64,000 nucleotides of DNA, taken from positions 98,473 through 162,472 of the IMG/VR virus record IMGVR_UViG_2878528002_000001; one strand, given 5' to 3'. Numbering within the stretch: position 1 is the stretch's first letter; the number at the start of each line of letters is the position of its first letter. Shown one piece after another: positions 9,555-19,401 of the stretch. The position numbers and the translations under genes were made by a program. The DNA is from a virus (lineage: Duplodnaviria > Heunggongvirae > Uroviricota > Caudoviricetes). The notes under the pieces were generated by a model that saw only the letters and a program-made list of their open reading frames with translations, was not told the origin of the DNA and ran no database searches.

Positions 9555-9894
9555 CACTAATATTTATCAAAAATACAAAAGAATCATGAAATATGACGAA
9601 ACAGTATTGGATGAAATTGATAATTTGGATGAAGCCAAATCTTTAATCCGAATGATAGTGAATTCTATTAATTCGCATATAGTTGCTTTGAATCATAACT
9701 ATCGATGGCACGACTTGAGACAAAATCCTGGCGATTTACCTCGGAAATATAAAGAAGTTATTGTACGGGTTAAAGAGAACAACTTTTCGCGTACATATTA
9801 TATGGTTAGTCGTTTAGATGATGATGGTTTCTTAGTTTGTAAAGGTGACAAAGTTCTGGCATGGAAAAATATAGAGCCATTTGAGGAGAAATAG
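9547..9894 (+). CDS. hypothetical protein
   Basis: ORF of 115 aa overlapping the methyltransferase stop. Confidence 0.4.
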   Translation: MHNTNIYQKYKRIMKYDETVLDEIDNLDEAKSLIRMIVNSINSHIVALNHNYRWHDLRQNPGDLPRKYKEVIVRVKENNFSRTYYMVSRLDDDGFLVCKGDKVLAWKNIEPFEEK

Positions 9895-9945
9895 AACATA
9901 TATATGAAATTTTGTTTTCATCAATAAAAAAGGAGATGCAAAAGC

Positions 9946-10554
9946 ATGGCGAAGTTCAATATAACTGTAGATCTTGACTGGATGGATGACGAAGAAGGAT
10001 ATTCTATCGACGACGAATTAAAGGAAAGAGTGATTAAAGGTATCGAAGACGCTTTATTAAAAAGGGCGACGGATGATGCTGTGAAAGCTGTTGACGATAA
10101 GATTCGTGAAAAAGTTGGTGAAGCAGAGAATTCAATACAGGAAGCGGTTGACAAATTCATTTCCACGGTCTGTGAAGAAAAAATAAACAAGATAATGATT
10201 CCTGTAAAAAAGAATTCATGGAGCGGTGAAGTAAAATATAAACCACTTTCTGAATATGTAGGGGAAAGATTTAATTATTATATTACCGAGAAGAAGTTTG
10301 ACAAAGACGGCAATGTTGCAAGGTGGAGCAGTGAATCCGTATATTCCGCGGCTGATTTACTAACAAGTGATTATCTCAAAAAAGAGCTGGATACAAAAGT
10401 AGAGACAATGATTTCAAATGCGAGAAAAGAAGTTGAAGAATCGTTGATTAAATCTTTTGAACAGAAACTGAAAGAAAACTTATCAAAAGACATTATTGAG
10501 AAAATGAATATTCCTGATGTGTTAAGAAGATTTAGTGAAATGAGTCTGGAATAG
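9946..10554 (+). CDS. hypothetical acidic protein
   Basis: ORF of 202 aa with a GGAGATG RBS. Confidence 0.45.
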   Translation: MAKFNITVDLDWMDDEEGYSIDDELKERVIKGIEDALLKRATDDAVKAVDDKIREKVGEAENSIQEAVDKFISTVCEEKINKIMIPVKKNSWSGEVKYKPLSEYVGERFNYYITEKKFDKDGNVARWSSESVYSAADLLTSDYLKKELDTKVETMISNARKEVEESLIKSFEQKLKENLSKDIIEKMNIPDVLRRFSEMSLE

Positions 10555-10570
10555 AAATGTTGGGTGAAAA

Positions 10571-11011
10571 ATGAAAAACATAGAATATTACAAAGAAAAG
10601 ATATTAGATATTATAGGTCATGGCGATAGTGTAGGAGTAGATAGAAACACTAATGAGCCAGAAGGATGTGCGTTCCTTGGGTGTGAAAACTGTAAATTGT
10701 TAGATAATTGTAATAATGGATTGCGGGAATGGTGCAATGAAGAATATATTGAAAAGCCCCAAATTACAGAAAATGATAAGAAATTTTTAGATATTGTCAA
10801 TCCTAAATTTAAATATATTGTAAAAGGTAGAGACAATATATTATGTCTTTCTATGGGAATGCCCATTAGAAGCGAAAACCATTGGATAGGAGTAAATAGT
10901 TGTGAATATATAAGTGAGAATTGTTTTAACGGATTGTTTAGATTCATTAAATGGGACGATGAGGAACCATGGCAGCTTGATGATTTGAAAAAATTGGAGA
11001 TATGTGAATGA
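10571..11011 (+). CDS. Cys-rich hypothetical protein
   Basis: ORF of 146 aa with GCAFLGCENCKLLDNCNNG. Confidence 0.4.
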   Translation: MKNIEYYKEKILDIIGHGDSVGVDRNTNEPEGCAFLGCENCKLLDNCNNGLREWCNEEYIEKPQITENDKKFLDIVNPKFKYIVKGRDNILCLSMGMPIRSENHWIGVNSCEYISENCFNGLFRFIKWDDEEPWQLDDLKKLEICE

Positions 11012-11274
11012 GATTAATTGATGCAGACTTATTAAAAGAAAGAATCGCAAAATGGTTGAAACCATCTAAGCCAGATGAAACAGAAATGATAGAGGTTACA
11101 GATGCTCTTGTTAGTACGATGATGGAAATTGACGAGCAGCCGACAGCTTTTGATGTAGATAGGGTGTTGGGGAAAATGCACAGTGAAATGATGAACAGCG
11201 CAAGTAGTGAGTTTGATTACGCAATGTATAGGGCAATCGAAATTGTGAAAGGTGGCGGAGTTGATGGCAATTAA
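11008..11274 (+). CDS. small protein, family 'MRLIDADxLK...QPTAFDxD..IVKxGGV' (paralog of 12049..12297)
   Basis: Protein-level paralog of 12049..12297 that flanks the ASCH-like gene on the other side. Confidence 0.45.
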   Translation: MRLIDADLLKERIAKWLKPSKPDETEMIEVTDALVSTMMEIDEQPTAFDVDRVLGKMHSEMMNSASSEFDYAMYRAIEIVKGGGVDGN

Positions 11275-11914
11275 ACCTATTTTATTCAATACCGAGATGG
11301 TTCGGGCAATCATGGACGGGAGAAAGAGCTGTACTCGGCGGATGGTAAAACCCCAGCCAAATGAAAAGCATACATACCCGCTCGGTTTTGTTACCGACAG
11401 TACAGAGAAGAAAGATGTGGGATGCTTTGGATTTGGCATTAATGAATACAGCGGTTCTATTCAATACACAAAGCCACAGTATCATCCGGGAGATATCCTG
11501 TATGTCCGGGAAACATGGGGACATCCAATTTCCTTAAATTCAGATAAACAGTATGTTTTTAGAGCAGATAAGATAGCGGAAAGTGGCTTTAAAAATGATA
11601 GTCATATATGGCACCCATCCATCCACATGCCGAAAGAAGCGGCGAGAATCTGGCTGAAGGTTACGAATGTGAGAGTGGAGCGGTTGCAGGATATCACAGA
11701 GGATGGCGCAGAAGCAGAAGGAGCGATAGATAACAGAGGGTTTATTCACAGCCCGGAGAATGAATATGATCGCATATATACAGCTAGAGAATATTTTATT
11801 AAAATCTGGGACAGAACCATCAAGAAATCTGATCTTGACATCTACGGTTGGGATGTGAATCCGTGGGTCTGGGTGATCGAGTTTGAGAGGTGTGAGAAAC
11901 CACAGGGGGTATGA
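11252..11914 (+). CDS. ASCH/PUA-like domain protein (putative)
   Basis: The N-terminus IKPILFNTEMVRAIMDGRKSCTRR fits the ASCH beta-strand and helix signature (..G.KT.E.R). Confidence 0.4.
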   Translation: MAELMAIKPILFNTEMVRAIMDGRKSCTRRMVKPQPNEKHTYPLGFVTDSTEKKDVGCFGFGINEYSGSIQYTKPQYHPGDILYVRETWGHPISLNSDKQYVFRADKIAESGFKNDSHIWHPSIHMPKEAARIWLKVTNVRVERLQDITEDGAEAEGAIDNRGFIHSPENEYDRIYTAREYFIKIWDRTIKKSDLDIYGWDVNPWVWVIEFERCEKPQGV

Positions 11915-12048
11915 TATGGCTAAACACTGTACCAGAGAGTGTCCAGACAGCGAAACAGAATGCTGCATCTGCTGTACGAAACAGGATTCCTGCCAGAGTA
12001 GATGTGATGATATGGACGGTTATGAATATGCGGAGGAGTGTGAAGAAT

Positions 12049-12297
12049 ATGAGACTGATTGATGCAGATAAGTTGAAACATGTAATACATTGTGCGTATT
12101 CTGATGATTTAGAAATTCTTGAAAAGATTGACAATCAGCCGACAGCTTTTGATTTGGATAAGGTTGTGGAGCAGTTGGAAACGAAAGAGACAAGAGCTAC
12201 CGAATTAAAGAAAAAATATATATCAGAGTATTTCAAGGGTAAAGCTGATGCGTTTGAATTTGCAATCAAAATTGTGAAGGAGGGTGGAGTTGAATGA
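12049..12297 (+). CDS. small protein, paralog of 11008..11274
   Basis: ATG at 12049 with a GCGGAGGAG RBS. Shares MRLIDADKLK...QPTAFDLDKV...IVKEGGVE with its paralog. Confidence 0.45.
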   Translation: MRLIDADKLKHVIHCAYSDDLEILEKIDNQPTAFDLDKVVEQLETKETRATELKKKYISEYFKGKADAFEFAIKIVKEGGVE

Positions 12298-12516
12298 GAG
12301 AAATTCTTTTCAAGGCAAAGTGGAAAGATAATGACAAATGGGTTGAGGGATATATAGTTCGTAAACTTTGTCTCGCCATCAAATAAAAGATGAATTTGGA
12401 AGAAATTATTAGAATGAAAGAAATCTTTCATTAGAGAATTAGGTAATTAAAATAAGTTTAAATAAAATCATTTTAAATCAAATATTGTATTAAGGAATAT
12501 CGCTGGAGGTGAAGTT

Positions 12517-12867
12517 ATGGGATTGGCAAAATCTGGAATTTTGTCGGAGGTAGAATTCTATAAAATGATTATGCTGCCATATGAAGATCAACCGGATTAT
12601 CTGTTGTGTGATGATTTTAAATGGATAGAAAATGAATTTTTTGTATGGATTAGGCATGATCGAATCGAAGATTTTGTGGATTATTTTGTAACTAAATTCG
12701 GGAAAGAATGTTTCGATTATAAAAGCACAAAAGCCGATTTGACTATAGATCATGTGATTATAAATATGACAGATTTAATTGGACATGCGGTAGATATTGA
12801 ATCTGTATTTCCAAAAGATCCGCGCATGTTTAGCGAAAAGATAGACGATCACATAATGTGGGGTTGA
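12517..12867 (+). CDS. hypothetical protein
   Basis: ORF of 116 aa. Its 3' end is duplicated about 150 bp downstream, and a truncated paralog of its N-terminus lies at 13803..13925. Confidence 0.4.
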   Translation: MGLAKSGILSEVEFYKMIMLPYEDQPDYLLCDDFKWIENEFFVWIRHDRIEDFVDYFVTKFGKECFDYKSTKADLTIDHVIINMTDLIGHAVDIESVFPKDPRMFSEKIDDHIMWG

Positions 12868-12996
12868 TGCAGGTGGTATAGATGTGAAATTGCAGGATAC
12901 ATATGTTGTTATTAATTTATGTGAATTGTTTGGAGACACAGTAAATATTGAATCTGTATTTCCAAAAAAGGAATATACACATTAGGAGAATCTATT

Positions 12997-13281
12997 ATGA
13001 AAGTAGTTGATTTAATAAATATTTTAAATCAGATAGGATATGATGAAAATACTGAATTAACATTTAGTTGCACAGATGGCAATACCGGGCAGTATTACGA
13101 GATTCCATTTGAAGAAATATCTTTTGGAGAAGAATTAACTGGAAAACCTTACGAAAAAGATCAAATTGACATTGAAGTCGATGTGGATTCAGTTAAATCG
13201 TATTTACATAATAAAGGAATGTCAATGTTAGATGACTTAATTTTGGACATGTGTGATGTAATAGCAAAATATAGAGAATAA
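12997..13281 (+). CDS. hypothetical protein
   Basis: ORF of 94 aa with an AGGAGAATCTATTATG RBS. Confidence 0.4.
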   Translation: MKVVDLINILNQIGYDENTELTFSCTDGNTGQYYEIPFEEISFGEELTGKPYEKDQIDIEVDVDSVKSYLHNKGMSMLDDLILDMCDVIAKYRE

Positions 13282-13318
13282 ATATAATAATGAAAAATTT
13301 CTTTCGTATGGATTTTAG

Positions 13319-13555
13319 GTGATTAAAATGAGCGTTAGACAAGATACATTAGACCAGGTAGAAGAAGTTTACCAGCGAAATCAGCGTTGCATAGGATCTT
13401 TTAGTAAAAAAGAGAGTCCGGAATTATATAATATGTGCAAGCACTGTGAAATTTATATGGGAGATGATCATGATTATTCTGAATGTCGAGATCAACAGTG
13501 CTTCATTAATTGGCTTGCACTAGAATATTTAGATTGGATTAACGGGTATCATTGA
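13319..13555 (+). CDS. Cys-containing small protein
   Basis: ORF of 78 aa. Confidence 0.35.
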   Translation: MIKMSVRQDTLDQVEEVYQRNQRCIGSFSKKESPELYNMCKHCEIYMGDDHDYSECRDQQCFINWLALEYLDWINGYH

Positions 13556-13802
13556 ATGGGAAGTAATGAACGGATTCAATATTAGTCTTTTATTAATTGT
13601 GGTTAAATGAAAAAACGAAAACTTAGACCAGAACCGCCATGGTGGTGGACATTAGATAATGATAATTGCTGGTTTTGCAAAAATAGAAATAATTGCAATG
13701 GATGCAAACTTTTAAAAGAACAACAAGCAATTGAAAGAAAAAGAAGAGATAGAAAACGAAAATTAAGAAAAGTAAATTACGAAGAATAAAGAAGTGGATG
13801 AT

Positions 13803-13925
13803 ATGACAAATTCTGGGATTTTGCCGGAAGTGAAATTGTATAAAATGATTATGCTTCCAAATGAATACGATTACGAAGATATCCTGATCGAAGAATTTGG
13901 TTGGGTAAAAGATATTTTAAATTAA
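13803..13925 (+). pseudogene. truncated paralog of the N-terminus of 12517..12867
   Basis: MTNSGILPEVKLYKMIMLPNEYDYEDIL aligns with MGLAKSGILSEVEFYKMIMLPYEDQPDYLL. Confidence 0.3.
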
Positions 13926-14218
13926 CAGAAGATCAATTGAAAAAGTGTTCTGAATTTTTTAGAAAATATCCATATGGAGTAATTACATTTGGGTGAAAAG
14001 GAGAAACAATGAATATATTAAATGTCTATTTATTACTTATAGGAATTTTTATGTCAATCATGGGAATTGTCTGGTCTAAGAAAAATTGGATTAATGTTTT
14101 TATAAAAATATTATATTTAGTAAGTGGTACATACTTGATTTTATATGCTTTGTATTTGAGTAATATTTTATTAGTTATACATAAGAGTTGAAAAATTTAT
14201 TTCAAGGAGAATTTAATT

Positions 14219-14461
14219 ATGAGAATAAAAAATATTAAAGACATAGAAGTATTTCTGAATGTTGTAAAACAGTGCAAAGGTGATGTTACGTTAACATCTC
14301 AGTATGGTGATAAATTCAATCTCAAATCTGCACTGAGCCAGTATGTTGCAGTTGCAGCACTTCTTGGAGAGCATGGGGATGAGCTGGAACTCTGGTGTAC
14401 CGATAAAAGTGATGAGACAAAATTTTTAGAAATGTTTAAAGAAAATCCGGCAATGGTATAG
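14219..14461 (+). CDS. hypothetical protein
   Basis: ORF of 80 aa with an AAGGAGAATTTAATTATG RBS. Confidence 0.4.
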   Translation: MRIKNIKDIEVFLNVVKQCKGDVTLTSQYGDKFNLKSALSQYVAVAALLGEHGDELELWCTDKSDETKFLEMFKENPAMV

Positions 14462-14640
14462 AGGATACTAAGATGAAAAGTATTATTGGATGTATTATAA
14501 ATGGAATTATAGCTTCGGGAATAGTATTTCTATCAGGAGTTCAGAGTAATAGTCCTGAATTTTGGGGATTATTCGGATTATGTTGTTTGATGGTAATTAA
14601 TAGTGCAACGACAATTTGAGATGAATAATTTTGTGAAATT

Positions 14641-15414
14641 ATGCAAGTAAATAAAATATATAATCAAGATTGCCTAGAAGGATTAGGATTATTAGACAAT
14701 GAATGTATTGATTTGACAGTAACATCACCGCCGTATGATAACTTGCGATTATATAATGGTTATTATTTTAAGTTTGAAGAAATAGCGAAGGAACTATATA
14801 GAGTGATGAAACCAGGAGGTGTTATTGCATGGATCGTTGGAGATAAAACAAAAAACGGTTCTGAAACAGGAACATCATTTCGTCAAGCTTTATATTTTAA
14901 GGATATAGGTTTTAATTTACATGATACTATGATATACGAGAAAAATAATCCTACACCTCAAAAATCAAACAGATATCAACCATGTTTTGAATATATGTTT
15001 ATATTAAGTAAGGGGAAACCAAAGACATTCAATCCTATAATGATTGAGAAGAAATATATAGAATCTCGACCAAATAAAATGTATAACAAAGACAAATCTG
15101 GGATGCAAATTCAGCATCAATATTCCTCATCATCTAATTTGAAAATCAAAAACAATATATGGAAATATAATGTGGGGCTATATCATAGTACAAATGATAA
15201 AGAAGCATTTAAACATCCTGCTATATTTCCGGAACAGTTGGCTGCTGATCATATTCTATCATGGTCAAATGAAGGTGATATTATTCTTGATCCATTTATG
15301 GGTAGCGGAACCGTTGCAAAAATGGCATTGATTAACAAGAGAAAATTTATAGGATTTGAGATAAGTACTGAATATTGTAAATTAGCAAAAGAAAGGATAT
15401 CTAAGTATGTATAA
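14641..15414 (+). CDS. DNA methyltransferase, beta-class N6-adenine/N4-cytosine (PF01555-like)
   Basis: N-terminus MQVNKIYNQDCLEGL, motif IV TSPPYDNL, and motif I ILDPFMGSGTVAKMA near the C-terminus. Confidence 0.8.
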   Translation: MQVNKIYNQDCLEGLGLLDNECIDLTVTSPPYDNLRLYNGYYFKFEEIAKELYRVMKPGGVIAWIVGDKTKNGSETGTSFRQALYFKDIGFNLHDTMIYEKNNPTPQKSNRYQPCFEYMFILSKGKPKTFNPIMIEKKYIESRPNKMYNKDKSGMQIQHQYSSSSNLKIKNNIWKYNVGLYHSTNDKEAFKHPAIFPEQLAADHILSWSNEGDIILDPFMGSGTVAKMALINKRKFIGFEISTEYCKLAKERISKYV

Positions 15415-15658
15415 AACATTAAATGAAACCGTAGACGGAATGTGTAGTACTGATTATAAAGAAAGATTTGTTGCAGAATATAATCAGCTTGTAATTAGAT
15501 ATAGAGGATTAAAGAATATGTTGGACAAATGGGATAGAAATGAATTAGATTTTACACCTACTTGCCCGCGAAGCACCTATAATTTACAGATTAAAGCTAT
15601 GACAGATTATATTGACGTACTTGAGGCACGAGCTGCTATGGAAAATATTTATCTTTGA
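15407..15658 (+). CDS. hypothetical protein
   Basis: ORF of 83 aa overlapping the methyltransferase stop. Confidence 0.35.
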   Translation: MYKTLNETVDGMCSTDYKERFVAEYNQLVIRYRGLKNMLDKWDRNELDFTPTCPRSTYNLQIKAMTDYIDVLEARAAMENIYL

Positions 15659-15674
15659 TAATGGATAATATTGT

Positions 15675-16046
15675 ATGTTTGAGCCAAATGAATGGAGAAA
15701 TAGAATATATCTAAGTCCTCCGGATAACATGTATGACTTGTATTATAAAGTTTGTTGTTATTGGAATGCAAAAACTGAAATGTATGATTCTATTTTAGCT
15801 GACAGTTATTTATATGATTCAGCATATATTTCAAATCCTAAACTTCGTGGCTATTCTGCCGAATATTCCCGTCAAATATTTTTATTTTGTCAACATGTAC
15901 TTATTTGTGAATGTGAGAAACCGTTTGATGAAACCTTATGGAAGCATATAAATAATAATAAATATTCTGCTCGTCAGTGGATAAAAGAATATGAAAGAAT
16001 GGTTTCAACTGGAGAATTAGATTTTATAGAAAAATATAAAAATTGA
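15675..16046 (+). CDS. hypothetical protein
   Basis: ORF of 123 aa. Confidence 0.4.
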   Translation: MFEPNEWRNRIYLSPPDNMYDLYYKVCCYWNAKTEMYDSILADSYLYDSAYISNPKLRGYSAEYSRQIFLFCQHVLICECEKPFDETLWKHINNNKYSARQWIKEYERMVSTGELDFIEKYKN

Positions 16047-16058
16047 ATAGGAGAGTTT

Positions 16059-17423
16059 ATGAATTACGAAGATTTTCTGAAACAAAAAGATTATGTTCTG
16101 GAAAGTAGTGGATTTGATATTGATAAAGATAAATTAAATCCAATGCTATTTGATTTTCAGAAAGATGTAGTGAGATGGGCGTTAGCAAAAGGTAGAGCTT
16201 GTATTTTTGCATCTTGCGGCTTGGGAAAAACGTTAATGCAATTATCATGGGCGCATCAAGTTCATTTACATACGGGTGGTAAAGTATTGATTCTTGCCCC
16301 TTTATCAGTTGCAGATCAGACAAAAAGAGAAGCAGAAAAATTTCATTATGCAGCAAAGGTCTGTGAGAAACAAGAAGATTGCATTGATGGAATTAATATT
16401 ACGAATTATGAAAAATTAGACAAATTTGTTGCAAATGAATTTGTTGGAGTAGTCTTAGACGAGAGTTCAATTATTAAATCCTATACCGGAAAGGTTAGGA
16501 CATCTATTATAGATAATTTCGCAAATGTTCCCTATAAATTAGCATGTACTGCAACGCCAGCTCCAAATGATTATATGGAATTAGGAAACCATTCTGAGTT
16601 TTGTGGAGTAATGACAAGATCCGAAATGCTTTCTATGTTTTTTGTTCATGACGGAGGACAGACCTCCAAGTGGAGATTAAAAGGACATGCAAAAGATGTA
16701 TTTTGGCAGTGGATGGCAAGTTGGTCTGTATTTATTGATAATCCTGCAAATTTAGGATATGACGGCACAGATTATAATCTTCCGCCACTTAATATTCACG
16801 AGATTATTGTAGACGGGGATGAACCAGTAACCGAAACAATGACATTAACAGAAAGAAGAAACGCAAGAAAAGATACCCTTGAATTAAGATGTCAAAAGGC
16901 AGCGGAGTACGTAAATAATTCAGACGAACAGTGGCTCGTTTGGTGTGATCTAAACGCAGAAGGTGAGCGTTTAGGAGAATTAATCAATGAGAGCAAAAAT
17001 GTTCAGGGTAGCGATAAGAATAAATATAAGAGTGAAACAATGCTTTCATTTTCAGATAGAAATCTAAAATGTCTCATCAGCAAACCCCAGCTCGCAGGTT
17101 ATGGCATGAATTGGCAGAATTGTCACAACGTTATTTTTACTGGATTATCAGATAGCTTTGAGCAGTATTATCAGGCTGTAAGAAGATGTTGGCGCTTTGG
17201 TCAGACGGAAGAAGTCAATGTATATATTATTATTTCCGCAAAAGAAGGTTGCGTAAAAGAGAATATCGAAAGAAAGCAATCTGATTTTGTCGCAATGAGA
17301 GATGCCATGATTAGCCTCACAAAAGAGATCACTAAAAAAGAACTTAGATCAACTTGTAGACTTACCACACCTTATGAAGCAAATACAGAAATGAAATTAC
17401 CAAACTGGGAGGAATTTAAATAA
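16059..17423 (+). CDS. SF2 helicase, SNF2-like
   Basis: Motif I ASCGLGKT, motif II VLDESS, motif III CTATPAPN and motif VI QAVRRCWRFGQ (the SNF2-type Q..R..R.GQ). Confidence 0.75.
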   Translation: MNYEDFLKQKDYVLESSGFDIDKDKLNPMLFDFQKDVVRWALAKGRACIFASCGLGKTLMQLSWAHQVHLHTGGKVLILAPLSVADQTKREAEKFHYAAKVCEKQEDCIDGINITNYEKLDKFVANEFVGVVLDESSIIKSYTGKVRTSIIDNFANVPYKLACTATPAPNDYMELGNHSEFCGVMTRSEMLSMFFVHDGGQTSKWRLKGHAKDVFWQWMASWSVFIDNPANLGYDGTDYNLPPLNIHEIIVDGDEPVTETMTLTERRNARKDTLELRCQKAAEYVNNSDEQWLVWCDLNAEGERLGELINESKNVQGSDKNKYKSETMLSFSDRNLKCLISKPQLAGYGMNWQNCHNVIFTGLSDSFEQYYQAVRRCWRFGQTEEVNVYIIISAKEGCVKENIERKQSDFVAMRDAMISLTKEITKKELRSTCRLTTPYEANTEMKLPNWEEFK

Positions 17424-18337
17424 TGGAAAATGTAAATGTAATCGATCAGGCAATCGCAAATAGATATGCTCTTTATCATGGAGACAGTGTGGAAATCACA
17501 AAAGATATTCCAGATAATAGCATTCACTATACAATCTTTTCACCTCCGTTCTCGCAGCTTTATGTTTATTCAAATTCTGATAGAGATATGGGTAACTGTA
17601 AAGGTGACGATGAATTTTATAATCATTTCAAATATCTGGCGAAAGAATTATACAGAATCACAATGCCAGGCAGACTTTTAAGCTTTCATTGTATGGATCT
17701 TCCATTAATGAAATCCAGAGATGGTGTTATTGGACTTAAAGATTTTCCTGCTCTGATGCTTAAAATCTTTCAGGATTGTGGATTTATTTATCATAGTAAA
17801 GTAACAATTTGGAAAAATCCTGTAACAGAAATGCAGCGTACAAAAGCATTAGGTCTTTTACATAAACAGATTAAAAAAGATAGTTCTATGAGTAGACAGG
17901 GACTTCCGGATTATGTAATTACTGTAAGAAAACCTGGTGAAAATCCCGAAAGAGTAGAACATACAAATGAATCATTTCCTGTCGGAGTATGGCAGAATTA
18001 TGCATCTCCTGTATGGATGGATATTCGTCAGAGTGATACATTACAGAGAAAATCTGCGAGAGCGGATCAGGACGAGAAACATATTTGTCCTCTTCAGTTG
18101 GAAGTTATTCAGAGATGTATTGAACTGTGGACAAACCCGAATGATATTGTTTTTGATCCATTTGGAGGAATTGGATCAACTCCGTATGTTGCTGTAAAAA
18201 TGGGTAGACGTGGAATTGCGAGTGAATTAAAAGATAGTTACTTTGAACAGATGAAGAAAAATGTTGAATTGGTAGCTGCCGAAGAACCATCTCTTTTTCC
18301 TGTAGGAGAGAAAAGTATTGAGGATGTAGTCGCCTAA
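17423..18337 (+). CDS. DNA methyltransferase, beta-class amino-MTase
   Basis: Motif IV FSPPFSQL at the N-terminus and motif I FDPFGGIGSTPYVA near the C-terminus. ATGA overlap with the helicase stop. Confidence 0.75.
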   Translation: MENVNVIDQAIANRYALYHGDSVEITKDIPDNSIHYTIFSPPFSQLYVYSNSDRDMGNCKGDDEFYNHFKYLAKELYRITMPGRLLSFHCMDLPLMKSRDGVIGLKDFPALMLKIFQDCGFIYHSKVTIWKNPVTEMQRTKALGLLHKQIKKDSSMSRQGLPDYVITVRKPGENPERVEHTNESFPVGVWQNYASPVWMDIRQSDTLQRKSARADQDEKHICPLQLEVIQRCIELWTNPNDIVFDPFGGIGSTPYVAVKMGRRGIASELKDSYFEQMKKNVELVAAEEPSLFPVGEKSIEDVVA

Positions 18338-18353
18338 GTGACTATTTTCTCAT

Positions 18354-18659
18354 ATGAAATACAACTTTCGAGGGAGAATAAATATGTATACAAAATTGGA
18401 CGCGAAAATAGAAGCATTAGGGTTTGTTAAGTTAGAGAACGAAGAACCAGAAGATGAATTCGGAGTGTCTTACAGGCGTGAAAAATACACGCAGCGAGTA
18501 GATATTCTTCGTATTCCAGAAGGTGATCACATTGTAACTTCCTATGAAGAGAAAATGAATAGTGAAGATAGAAATAATGTAATTGGACTTACATATGAAG
18601 AAATGGTTTTATTCGCGAAGAAATTAAAAGAAATGAAGAAGAAATATAAGTGGGAGTAG
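18354..18659 (+). CDS. hypothetical protein
   Basis: ORF of 101 aa. Confidence 0.4.
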   Translation: MKYNFRGRINMYTKLDAKIEALGFVKLENEEPEDEFGVSYRREKYTQRVDILRIPEGDHIVTSYEEKMNSEDRNNVIGLTYEEMVLFAKKLKEMKKKYKWE

Positions 18660-19117
18660 CTATGAGATTAAGTGAAATTGCAGAATATATGATAGAACAT
18701 CATATGGGAGAAAGTCTGGAATCAGAAGTCGTGCGTGGTAATCACGAAAAATGGTATGAAGAATCATTGATTGATCCTCTGATGGATGAGTTCTGGTATC
18801 ACGACTTGGGATTATGTGGATGTAATTGTCCCGAAGATACAAAAGAGGCAATCAGAAAATATCTTCACATCAGAAAAGACTTTCATGACAAAGAACTTGC
18901 ATACGAAGGTGTTGTGAGAAGATATCGGACTGATCTTGGAATAGACGAGCATAGTCAGGTGCAATATGGAGTTTTACAGTTCATGATGTATGTACTTGAT
19001 AAAGAAGGTTATACGGATCATGGCGGCAGCGTGGGCGGTTCTTGGCTTACTAAAAAAGGTGAAATGTTCATGGACGTATTGGATGCGTGGTATAAACGAG
19101 AACATTCGGAGAATTAG
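18650..19117 (+). CDS. hypothetical protein
   Basis: ORF of 155 aa. Confidence 0.4.
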   Translation: MGVAMRLSEIAEYMIEHHMGESLESEVVRGNHEKWYEESLIDPLMDEFWYHDLGLCGCNCPEDTKEAIRKYLHIRKDFHDKELAYEGVVRRYRTDLGIDEHSQVQYGVLQFMMYVLDKEGYTDHGGSVGGSWLTKKGEMFMDVLDAWYKREHSEN

Positions 19118-19137
19118 TAATAGAAGGAGTTAAAAAT

Positions 19138-19401
19138 ATGAATAGACAAACGGAAGATTATATTTCATTAAAGCCTATTGCTGATAGATTTAAAAATGTT
19201 GCGAATTCCATTACTGATAATGAGATTAGGAATATGATTAAAAATTCTTTGCAAAGACAAATTGATGAACAGCTTAATTTAGGATTGGACACTTTAGGAT
19301 GTCGTACAACAGAGATAATTGATCACTGGTTTGATGATTATGGTAATGAGGATTTTGTTGTAACTCTAATTCAAAATGGTTTAAAGAAAAAATTTGATTG
19401 A
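19138..19401 (+). CDS. hypothetical protein
   Basis: ORF of 87 aa with an AGGAGTTAAAAATATG RBS. Confidence 0.4.
   Translation: MNRQTEDYISLKPIADRFKNVANSITDNEIRNMIKNSLQRQIDEQLNLGLDTLGCRTTEIIDHWFDDYGNEDFVVTLIQNGLKKKFD

Noticed and set aside
17466-17681. Nested + strand ORFs inside larger genes (17466..17681 in the methyltransferase, 21108..21332, 23000..23200, 27693..27908, 45755..45949, 35804..35986)
   Set aside because: These are alternative frames within genes that have clear conserved motifs. There is no independent support.
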